Origin: Obrimoposthia wandeli
Taxonomy: Eukaryota
Reading direction: 5' to 3'
Assembly: GCA_977020255.1 (NCBI GenBank)
Contig: CDROCS010001361.1
Coordinates: forward strand, 186,001-250,000
DNA: 64,000 nucleotides
Position numbers and translations under genes: made by a program
In this document: positions 40,001 through 52,000 of the stretch, one piece after another
Layout: each line of letters begins with the position of its first letter
Position numbering within the stretch: position 1 is the first letter of the stretch
Notes under the pieces: generated by a model
Told to the model about the DNA's origin: nothing
Database searches by the model: none
The model's input: the letters and a program-made list of their open reading frames with translations, nothing else

Positions 40001-43000
40001 CATTGTCGAAAGCGAAACAAAAGAAAAGAAACCTGACGGAAGCAAGAAAACCAAAACTACTACCATTGTGGTACCGAAGACGGCAACAGTGAAGGATGTG
40101 AAAAATGTACTGAAATCGGAGATTCCAAAGGTAACGAAGATCACGCTTGAGACAAAGGTGAAGAAGGATGTGAAGGTGACTCTGAATGTGAAGGGTTGTG
40201 TGAAAAACAAGACACAAACAACAACTCCAGCCGTAAAAGAACAAGCGTTTGTTTGCAAGAAACCAGTAGCACTGATCCAGAAAAAGAAGATGGTGGCTGT
40301 AAAAGCAACACCAACGTTGAAGAAGGGCGACGAAACGAAGATAAGATTTGATCCCAAAAACCGAAACAGGCCGCACAGCTGGGTGCTGGAAAACAAGTAA
40401 TTGAAGTTACACTACCCGAAGGTCAGAAGATTGCTGTAGTGAAATTCGGACTGGTATTTGGCGAGGAGAAGGATACAACAGATGCAAAGAAGGTTGTTAA
40501 GAATGTCGAATTGGTTATGACAAGAATCAGATCATCGTATGGTAAATTGGTTGGCAGAGACAAGAAGGTCAAAGTGCAGAAATTGAAAACAGTGAAAGAC
40601 CTAAAGAACCTGATGGCAATTAGACAGGTGACTAATGTGAACAAAGTTGTACTGAAGTTCGAAACCGTCAAGGCTGTGAAGGTGGCTGTTAAATTCTCTG
40701 GGTGTAAACAACCAAAGAGAGTGACAACAACAACCAAATCAACGAAGAAATGCACCGGAAAGAAGATCATCGAAGACAAAAAGTTGACAACAATCAAAGG
40801 TACGAGTGGCCTTAAGAAGGGCGACGAAAAGAAACTGCGACCAGACCCAAGTAAGCCAAAGGAGGGCTTGGTCTTGAAGCCAGGAGTGAAGAAGATTGAA
40901 GTGATAGTTAGCAAAGGAACACCGACTGAAAAAGTAGAAAAGGTGACTGCTGTAGGAGTGAAGCTTGTAGACAAAAAGCCAACAGACAAGGTTAGCGAAG
41001 TATTTGATAGCATTAAATTCATTGTCGAAAGCGAAACAAAAGAAAAGAAACCTGACGGAAGCAAGAAAACCAAAACTACTACCATTGTGGTACCGAAGAC
41101 GGCAACAGTGAAGGATGTGAAAAATGTACTGAAATCGGAGATTCCAAAGGTAACGAAGATCACGCTTGAGACAAAGGTGAAGAAGGATGTGAAGGTGACT
41201 CTGAATGTGAAGGGTTGTGTGAAAAACAAGACACAAACAACAACTCCAGCCGTAAAAGAACAAGCGTTTGTTTGCAAGAAACCAGTAGCACTGATCCAGA
41301 AAAAGAAGATGGTGGCTGTAAAAGCAACACCAACGTTGAAGAAGGGCGACGAAACGAAGATAAGATTTGATCCCAAAAAACCGAAACAGGCCGCACAGCT
41401 GGGTGCTGGAAAACAAGTAATTGAAGTTACACTACCCGAAGGTCAGAAGATTGCTGTAGTGAAATTCGGACTGGTATTTGGCGAGGAGAAGGATACAACA
41501 GATGCAAAGAAGGTTGTTAAGAATGTCGAATTGGTTATGACAAGAATCAGATCATCGTATGGCAAATTGGTTGGCAGAGACAAGAAGGTCAAAGTGCAGA
41601 AATTGAAAACAGTGAAAGACCTAAAGAACCTGATGGCAATTAGACAGGTGACTAATGTGAACAAAGTTGTACTGAAGTTCGAAACCGTCAAGGCTGTGAA
41701 GGTGGCTGTTAAATTCTCTGGGTGTAAACAACCAAAGAGAGTGACAACAACAACCAAATCAACGAAGAAATGCACCGGAAAGAAGATCATCGAAGACAAA
41801 AAGTTGACAACAATCAAAGGTACGAGTGGCCTTAAGAAGGGCGACGAAAAGAAACTGCGACCAGACCCAAGTAAGCCAAAGGAGGGCTTGGTCTTGAAGC
41901 CCGGAGTGAAGAAGATTGAAGTGATAGTTAGCAAAGGAACACCGACTGAAAAAGTAGAAAAGGTGACTGCTGTAGGAGTGAAGCTTGTAGACAAAAAGCC
42001 AACAGACAAGGTTAGCGAAGTATTTGATAGCATTAAATTCATTGTCGAAAGCGAAACAAAAGAAAAGAAACCTGACGGAAGCAAGAAAACCAAAACTACT
42101 ACCATTGTGGTACCGAAGACGGCAACAGTGAAGGATGTGAAAAATGTACTGAAATCGGAGATTCCAAAGGTAACGAAGATCACGCTTGAGACAAAGGTGA
42201 AGAAGGATGTGAAGGTGACTCTGAATGTGAAGGGTTGTGTGAAAAACAAGACACAAACAACAACTCCAGCCGTAAAAGAACAAGCGTTTGTTTGCAAGAA
42301 ACCAGTAGCACTGATCCAGAAAAAGAAGATGGTGGCTGTAAAAGCAACACCAACGTTGAAGAAGGGCGACGAAACGAAGATAAGATTTGATCCCAAAAAT
42401 CCGAAACAGGCCGCACAGCTGGGTGCTGGAAAACAAGTAATTGAAGTCACACTACCCGAAGGTCAGAAGATTGCTGTAGTGAAATTCGGACTGGTATTTG
42501 GCGAGGAGAAGGATACAACAGATGCAAAGAAGGTTGTTAAGAATGTCGAATTGGTTATGACAAGAATCAGATCATCGTATGGTAAATTGGTTGGCAGAGA
42601 CAAGAAGGTCAAAGTGCAGAAATTGAAAACAGTGAAAGACCTAAAGAACCTGATGGCAATTAGACAGGTGACTAATGTGAACAAAGTTGTACTGAAGTTC
42701 GAAACCGTCAAGGCTGTGAAGGTGGCTGTTAAATTCTCTGGGTGTAAACAACCAAAGAGAGTGACAACAACAACCAAATCAACGAAGAAATGCACCGGAA
42801 AGAAGATCATCGAAGACAAAAAGTTGACAACAATCAAAGGTACGAGTGGCCTTAAGAAGGGCGACGAAAAGAAACTGCGACCAGACCCAAGTAAGCCAAA
42901 GGAGGGCTTGGTCTTGAAGCCCGGAGTGAAGAAGATTGAAGTGATAGTTAGCAAAGGAACACCGACTGAAAAAGTAGAAAAGGTGACTGCTGTAGGAGTG

Positions 43001-46000
43001 AAGCTTGTAGACAAAAAGCCAACAGACAAGGTTAGCGAAGTATTTGATAGCATTAAATTCATTGTCGAAAGCGAAACAAAAGAAAAGAAACCTGACGGAA
43101 GCAAGAAAACCAAAACTACTACCATTGTGGTACCGAAGACGGCAACAGTGAAGGATGTGAAAAATGTACTGAAATCGGAGATTCCAAAGGTAACGAAGAT
43201 CACGCTTGAGACAAAGGTGAAGAAGGATGTGAAGGTGACTCTGAATGTGAAGGGTTGTGTGAAAAACAAGACACAAACAACAACTCCAGCCGTAAAAGAA
43301 CAAGCGTTTGTTTGCAAGAAACCAGTAGCACTGATCCAGAAAAAGAAGATGGTGGCTGTAAAAGCAACACCAACGTTGAAGAAGGGCGACGAAACGAAGA
43401 TAAGATTTGATCCCAAAAATCCGAAACAGGCCGCACAGCTGGGTGCTGGAAAACAAGTAATTGAAGTCACACTACCCGAAGGTCAGAAGATTGCTGTAGT
43501 GAAATTCGGACTGGTATTTGGCGAGGAGAAGGATACAACAGATGCAAAGAAGGTTGTTAAGAATGTCGAATTGGTTATGACAAGAATCAGATCATCGTAT
43601 GGCAAATTGGTTGGCAGAGACAAGAAGGTCAAAGTGCAGAAATTGAAAACAGTGAAAGACCTAAAGAACCTGATGGCAATTAGACAGGTGACTAATGTGA
43701 ACAAAGTTGTACTGAAGTTCGAAACCGTCAAGGCTGTGAAGGTGGCTGTTAAATTCTCTGGGTGTAAACAACCAAAGAGAGTGACAACAACAACCAAATC
43801 AACGAAGAAATGCACCGGAAAGAAGATCATCGAAGACAAAAAGTTGACAACAATCAAAGGTACGAGTGGCCTTAAGAAGGGCGACGAAAAGAAACTGCGA
43901 CCAGACCCAAGTAAGCCAAAGGAGGGCTTGGTCTTGAAGCCCGGTGAAGAAGATTGAAGTGATAGTTAGCAAAGGAACACCGACTGAAAAAGTAGAAAAG
44001 GTGACTGCTGTAGGAGTGAAGCTTGTAGACAAAAAGCCAACAGACAAGGTTAGCGAAGTATTTGATAGCATTAAATTCATTGTCGAAAGCGAAACAAAAG
44101 AAAAGAAACCTGACGGAAGCAAGAAAACCAAAACTACTACCATTGTGGTACCGAAGACGGCAACAGTGAAGGATGTGAAAAATGTACTGAAATCGGAGAT
44201 TCCAAAGGTAACGAAGATCACGCTTGAGACAAAGGTGAAGAAGGATGTGAAGGTGACTCTGAATGTGAAGGGTTGTGTGAAAAACAAGACACAAACAACA
44301 ACTCCAGCCGTAAAAGAACAAGCGTTTGTTTGCAAGAAACCAGTAGCACTGATCCAGAAAAAGAAGATGGTGGCTGTAAAAGCAACACCAACGTTGAAGA
44401 AGGGCGACGAAACGAAGATAAGATTTGATCCCAAAAAACCGAAACAGGCCGCACAGCTGGGTGCTGGAAAACAAATAATTGAAGTTACACTACCCGAAGG
44501 TCAGAAGATTGCTGTAGTGAAATTCGGACTGGTATTTGGCGAGGAGAAGGATACAACAGATGCAAAGAAGGTTGTTAAGAATGTCGAATTGGTTATGACA
44601 AGAATCAGATCATCGTATGGCAAATTGGTTGGCAGAGACAAGAAGGTCAAAGTGCAGAAATTGAAAACAGTGAAAGACCTAAAGAACCTGATGGCAATTA
44701 GACAGGTGTCTAATGTGAACAAAGTTGTACTGAGGTTCGAAACCGTCAAGGCTGTGAAGGTGGCTGTTAAATTCTCTGGGTGTAAACAACCAAAGAGAGT
44801 GACAACAACAACCAAATCAACGAAGAAATGCACCGGAAAGAAGATCATCGAAGACAAAAAGTTGACAACAATCAAAGGTACGAGTGGCCTTAAGAAGGGC
44901 GACGAAAAGAAACTGCGACCAGACCCAAGTAAGCCAAAGGAGGGCTTGGTCTTGAAGCCCGGAGTGAAGAAGATTGAAGTGATAGTTAGCAAAAGAACAC
45001 CGACTGAAAAAGTAGAAAAGGTGACTGCTGTAGGAGTGAAGCTTGTAGACAAAAAGCCAACAGACAAGGTTAGCGAAGTATTTGATAGCATTAAATTCAT
45101 TGTCGAAAGCGAAACAAAAGAAAAGAAACCTGACGGAAGCAAGAAAACCAAAACTACTACCATTGTGGTACCGAAGACGGCAACAGTGAAGGATGTGAAA
45201 AATGTACTGAAATCGGAGATTCCAAAGGTAACGAAGATCACGCTTGAGACAAAGGTGAAGAAGGATGTGAAGGTGACTCTGAATGTGAAGGGTTGTGTGA
45301 AAAACAAGACACAAACAACAACTCCAGCCGTAAAAGAACAAGCGTTTGTTTGCAAGAAACCAGTAGCACTGATCCAGAAAAAGAAGATGGTGGCTGTAAA
45401 AGCAACACCAACGTTGAAGAAGGGCGACGAAACGAAGATAAGATTTGATCCCAAAAAACCGAAACAGGCCGCACAGCTGGGTGCTGGAAAACAAGTAATT
45501 GAAGTTACACTACCCGAAGGTCAGAAGATTGCTGTAGTGAAATTCGGATTGGTATTTGGCGAGGAGAAGGATACAACAGATGCAAAGAAGGTTGTTAAGA
45601 ATGTCGAATTGGTTATGACAAGAATCAGATCATCGTATGGCAAATTGGTTGGCAGAGACAAGAAGGTCAAAGTGCAGAAATTGAAAACAGTGAAAGACCT
45701 AAAGAACCTGATGGCAATTAGACAGGTGACTAATGTGAACAAAGTTGTACTGAAGTTCGAAACCGTCAAGGCTGTGAAGGTGGCTGTTAAATTCTCTGGG
45801 TGTAAACAACCAAAGAGAGTGACAACAACAACCAAATCAACGAAGAAATGCACCGGAAAGAAGATCATCGAAGACAAAAGTTGACAACAATCAAAGGTAC
45901 GAGTGGCCTTAAGAAGGGCGACGAAAAGAAACTGCGACCAGACCCAAGTAAGCCAAAGGAGGGCTTGGTCTTGAAGCCCGGAGTGAAGAAGATTGAAGTG

Positions 46001-49000
46001 ATAGTTAGCAAAAGAACACCGACTGAAAAAGTAGAAAAGGTGACTGCTGTAGGAGTGAAGCTTGTAGACAAAAAGCCAACAGACAAGGTTAGCGAAGTAT
46101 TTGATAGCATTAAATTCATTGTCGAAAGCGAAACAAAAGAAAAGAAACCTGACGGAAGCAAGAAAACCAAAACTACTACCATTGTGGTACCGAAGACGGC
46201 AACAGTGAAGGATGTGAAAATGTACTGAAATCGGAGATTCCAAAGGTAACGAAGATCACGCTTGAGACAAAGGTGAAGAAGGATGTGAAGGTGACTCTGA
46301 ATGTGAAGGGTTGTGTGAAAAACAAGACACAAACAACAACTCCAGCCGTAAAAGAACAAGCGTTTGTTTGCAAGAAACCAGTAGCACTGATCCAGAAAAA
46401 AGAAGATGGTGGCTGTAAAAGCAACACCAACGTTGAAGAAGGGCGACGAAACGAAGATAAGATTTGATCCCAAAAATCCGAAACAGGCCGCACAGCTGGG
46501 TGCTGGAAAACAAGTAATTGAAGTTACACTACCCGAAGGTCAGAAGATTGCTGTAGTGAAATTCGGATTGGTATTTGGCGAGGAGAAGGATACAACAGAT
46601 GCAAAGAAGGTTGTTAAGAATGTCGAATTGGTTATGACAAGAATCAGATCATCGTATGGCAAATTGGTTGGCAGAGACAAGAAGGTCAAAGTGCAGAAAT
46701 TGAAAACAGTGAAAGACCTAAAGAACCTGATGGCAATTAGACAGGTGACTAATGTGAACAAAGTTGTACTGAAGTTCGAAACCGTCAAGGCTGTGAAGGT
46801 GGCTGTTAAATTCTCTGGGTGTAAACAACCAAAGAGAGTGACAACAACAACCAAATCAACGAAGAAATGCACCGGAAAGAAGATCATCGAAGACAAAAAG
46901 TTGACAACAATCAAAGGTACGAGTGGCCTTAAGAAGGGCGACGAAAAGAAACTGCGACCAGACCCAAGTAAGCCAAAGGAGGGCTTGGTCTTGAAGCCCG
47001 GAGTGAAGAAGATTGAAGTGATAGTTAGCAAAAGAACACCGACTGAAAAAGTAGAAAAGGTGACTGCTGTAGGAGTGAAGCTTGTAGACAAAAAGCCAAC
47101 AGACAAGGTTAGCGAAGTATTTGATAGCATTAAATTCATTGTCGAAAGCGAAACAAAAGAAAAGAAACCTGACGGAAGCAAGAAAACCAAAACTACTACC
47201 ATTGTGGTACCGAAGACGGCAACAGTGAAGGATGTGAAAAATGTACTGAAATCGGAGATTCCAAAGGTAACGAAGATCACGCTTGAGACAAAGGTGAAGA
47301 AGGATGTGAAGGTGACTCTGAATGTGAAGGGTTGTGTGAAAAACAAGACACAAACAACAACTCCAGCCGTAAAAGAACAAGCGTTTGTTTGCAAGAAACC
47401 AGTAGCACTGATCCAGAAAAAGAAGATGGTGGCTGTAAAAGCAACACCAACGTTGAAGAAGGGCGACGAAACGAAGATAAGATTTGATCCCAAAAATCCG
47501 AAACAGGCCGCACAGCTGGGTGCTGGAAAACAAGTAATTGAAGTTACACTACCCGAAGGTCAGAAGATTGCTGTAGTGAAATTCGGATTGGTATTTGGCG
47601 AGGAGAAGGATACAACAGATGCAAAGAAGGTTGTTAAGAATGTCGAATTGGTTATGACAAGAATCAGATCATCGTATGGCAAATTGGTTGGCAGAGACAA
47701 GAAGGTCAAAGTGCAGAAATTGAAAACAGTGAAAGACCTAAAGAACCTGATGGCAATTAGACAGGTGACTAATGTGAACAAAGTTGTACTGAAGTTCGAA
47801 ACCGTCAAGGCTGTGAAGGTGGCTGTTAAATTCTCTGGGTGTAAACAACCAAAGAGAGTGACAACAACAACCAAATCAACGAAGAAATGCACCGGAAAGA
47901 AGATCATCGAAGACAAAAAGTTGACAACAATCAAAGGTACGAGTGGCCTTAAGAAGGGCGACGAAAAGAAACTGCGACCAGACCCAAGTAAGCCAAAGGA
48001 GGGCTTGGTCTTGAAGCCCGGAGTGAAGAAGATTGAAGTGATAGTTAGCAAAAGAACACCGACTGAAAAAGTAGAAAAGGTGACTGCTGTAGGAGTGAAG
48101 CTTGTAGACAAAAAGCCAACAGACAAGGTTAGCGAAGTATTTGATAGCATTAAATTCATTGTCGAAAGCGAAACAAAAGAAAAGAAACCTGACGGAAGCA
48201 AGAAAACCAAAACTACTACCATTGTGGTACCGAAGACGGCAACAGTGAAGGATGTGAAAAATGTACTGAAATCGGAGATTCCAAAGGTAACGAAGATCAC
48301 GCTTGAGACAAAGGTGAAGAAGGATGTGAAGGTGACTCTGAATGTGAAGGGTTGTGTGAAAAACAAGACACAAACAACAACTCCAGCCGTAAAAGAACAA
48401 GCGTTTGTTTGCAAGAAACCAGTAGCACTGATCCAGAAAAAGAAGATGGTGGCTGTAAAAGCAACACCAACGTTGAAGAAGGGCGACGAAACGAAGATAA
48501 GATTTGATCCCAAAAATCCGAAACAGGCCGCACAGCTGGGTGCTGGAAAACAAGTAATTGAAGTTACACTACCCGAAGGTCAGAAGATTGCTGTAGTGAA
48601 ATTCGGATTGGTATTTGGCGAGGAGAAGGATACAACAGATGCAAAGAAGGTTGTTAAGAATGTCGAATTGGTTATGACAAGAATCAGATCATCGTATGGC
48701 AAATTGGTTGGCAGAGACAAGAAGGTCAAAGTGCAGAAATTGAAAACAGTGAAAGACCTAAAGAACCTGATGGCAATTAGACAGGTGTCTAATGTGAACA
48801 AAGTTGTACTGAGGTTCGAAACCGTCAAGGCTGTGAAAGTTTCTCTCACATTGAAGGCATGTATACAATTGGATATCGCTGGTACTACTACTGTTAATGT
48901 TTTGGATCAGACATTCAAATGTAATCTACCGACTTCTCTATTCGACTCAGTTTCCAGTGCAGTTATATCGAAAGATCCTGCAATGTCACGCCCGAATTTG

Positions 49001-52000
49001 AATCGCTTGAAGTATTCATTGAGCAATCGCCTTGTTGGAGCTGATATAATCCGTGGCCGTCAAGAGATCAACATTACTCTTGGTTTTGGTATTGTTGCCA
49101 CTCTCACAGATGTCGGCCTGATCTTTCCTCGGTTGCCTATCGGTGGGAACTCTTCCACTGTGCTCAGCGATCTGTCTGTCACCATCACTCGCCTGCGTCA
49201 ACGCTACGGCCAGCTACAGCCTAGTTATATCAGACTTACGCCCAGCCTGCCTGTCAGTCTCCAGACTCTCAGAACTCTTCTCATTTCACAGTACACAAGT
49301 GTCAATGAGATCAGCATCTCCTTCATCAATCTGAGATCATCCAATCTCCTTGTCAACATATCTGGTTGCTACTTCAATCAGAAGCTTACAACGACCACTC
49401 AGGCACCAGTAGCATGCGTGCATCTTGGTAAATCGTACCCAACCGGCAAAATATTCCCCAGTTCAGTAGAGTGCATGTACTCGTGAGTTGAATTTACGTT
49501 TTAATTTTTTAACTGTTTACTTTGAATTTACACGTTTTTTAACAATAAAAAATCGAAGAGTAAATTTCGAACAAATGCTATGAAATTGGTTATTTAAATT
49601 AGACTTTAATGTTTGAAAATGCTATGAGTGATCAGAAACATTCTGTTTCTTAAAGAGACTAAAATATTGGAAATATTTAACTAGCTTAATTTCCGATTTC
49701 AAAACTGTATGTTATGTTTAAGACATAGCTTCTTCTCCAAGAAGATTAAATATTTGTTAAGAAACATCAAATCCCGAATTGATTTTAAATCGATTATTTA
49801 TTGAATTGTTACCAATTTATCCACTGTATGGATTTTTAAAATAATATATATATTCTTAAATCTAGATATCGTGTAAAGCCTGAAGTATAAGGCCTGTTTT
49901 TTAAACTGTTTTATTGAAATAGTAAACAGCAAATTGACCAAAATTTAGGCCATGACTTTTAATAAAAGTATAATATTTATGTTAACAATATTTAAATAAA
50001 ATTTTCCTAAAAATTATTAGTATTTGGATTTTATAGCTATAATGTAATTAATATAAATGGACTGCATTTGCTACCTTTGTTTAATGTATCATAATGCAAA
50101 TTTGGTATACGTTTAGAAAAATTAATAAAAACTGAATAAAAATTTTAAATAAAATTTTTGTTTTTGATGTCTTAAAGTATTTTTTAAATGATTTTCATTT
50201 ATAGGAATTTATATTTTTATTCATTATACTTAAGATATTTTAAATTTTTACTATAAAATATTCAAAACATTTTAATATTTTATAATTTTGATTTACCTGA
50301 AGAATTTATATTTGTATTTTTAAATGTTTGCAATATATATTTTAAATGTTTTATTTAAATTTCATCTACATTATTCAGAAATTAGTTTACTTAATATAAT
50401 GTAAATTTTATATATTTTCTTAAATTTTGTTATTTATAGATTTGCCGAATTATTTTTGTTGGACATATTTGTGTTCAGAAAGGTTAATGGAAATTTGTCT
50501 AAACCAACTATTTTATATAATTTAAGGAAATATAATTATATCTTCTGGTGCAAATTCCTTACTACCTACAACTTTTCGCAATATTAGTGTAACTTTATTA
50601 AAAAATTTCTGTTATATATATATTTAAATGTTAGCAATATAAATGTTAAATTTTATTTACATTATTTAGAAATCAGTTTACTTAATATAATGTTTTAATT
50701 TGTATATATTCTTATTTATACATGTGATAATTTTGTTATATTTCATTTTTCTTATCAGAAAAGACAATTGAAATTTGTCCAAATCACCTGTTGTGTAATA
50801 ATTTTGTAAGTCTTTGTACTTTTCATTTCGGTAAATATAATGTCAGTTTTATGTCAGATATTTTTTTCTTACTTACATTAAATTAAATATGAAATATTAT
50901 GGTTATTCAGTTGATTTTATTAAATGAATGCATAGCGACATTTATTTTCTATATATATTAAATTTTTACGACTAATCTCTGATTTTATATATTTTCGAAA
51001 CACTGTTTAACTATTGAAAACATTAAGAGTGTCAGAAAGGATAGTTTAAATCACAGTGGTTTATGGTGTTATAACATTTCGAATAGAAAATGTCAACTGT
51101 AACACAAAATAAATATTTAAGACATTTTGGATTTATTCAGATTAAAGAAATATATAAATTATTTTCAAAAAAATATTGTATTTATAAATGAGTCTGATAT
51201 TCAATAGTTCTATGGTAATGTCTAATCGAAATGTGAAATATTGACATAGCAATTAAGTAAGTGACCTGGTGCAGATAGTTTTAGTCTTTTCTGCTGTGCA
51301 GAGTGTGCACAAATGGCCGTATCGTACCCATTGTGAAGTGCCGGGAAACGTGGTCGGCATGGTCGGATTGCTCGAAGCCTTGTGGGGCCGGAAGAAGCAG
51401 TCGGCGCAAGATATGCGTACTCAATCCGGTAATAAAGTCCATCAAAGCGAGTGTGCTGCTAAAGAGCATCAAAGAGTCCTGCATGTACCGTATCGAGTCG
51501 CAACCATGCTTCAAGAAACCGTGTCTAGGTAATGTGGTCTTTTGGTTGACGGTTTTGAGGAACTTTGGGAAAAGCCATTTTTATTGAGGATTTGTAAAAT
51601 TTTAACTGTTTATAAATGTCATATACGACTTGTTTCCTTGCGAGCATGTCCCTTTGCTGGAGCCATATCATGTGTAATTGGGCCTGTGCTTTTGCAGAGG
51701 CATGCAAAATGAGCCAGTGGTCTTCGTGGAGCGAATGCAGAAATCAGACGTGCCGCAGCGAATACCAAACACGGTACCGAGTGGTCGTCAGCACAAACAA
51801 GAAGGTGCAGTGCCAAGAACCTCTCGTACAATCGAAGAGATGTGTCAAACCTAAATGTAAGTTAATAAGTGATCTTGCTGATTTTTCTTTTTGTAAAAGA
51901 AACTTATTGAAAACTGAACGTTTTTTTTAAGGTAGGGATTTAAATAACTAAAGGGACTATGAAGATTTTTTTGATCCCAGAAGTGCAGTGATCGATATTT

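Noticed and set aside
4343-48553. Dozens of repeated 74-, 78-, 107-, 225- and 317-aa minus-strand ORFs, some Cys/His-rich
   Set aside because: Alternative-frame by-products of the tandem arrays; they recur at exactly the repeat period.
3455-49486. Bacterial giant surface adhesin interpretation
   Set aside because: The flanking coding segments are joined by spliceosomal introns, the domains are metazoan (TSP1, TIL), and the introns contain eukaryotic transposons.
50360-50810. Candidate small exon at about 50440 and a ~290-bp degenerate duplication
   Set aside because: The 49482/51302 junction is already in phase and yields a coherent Cys module. The segment is part of an AT-rich intronic duplication.
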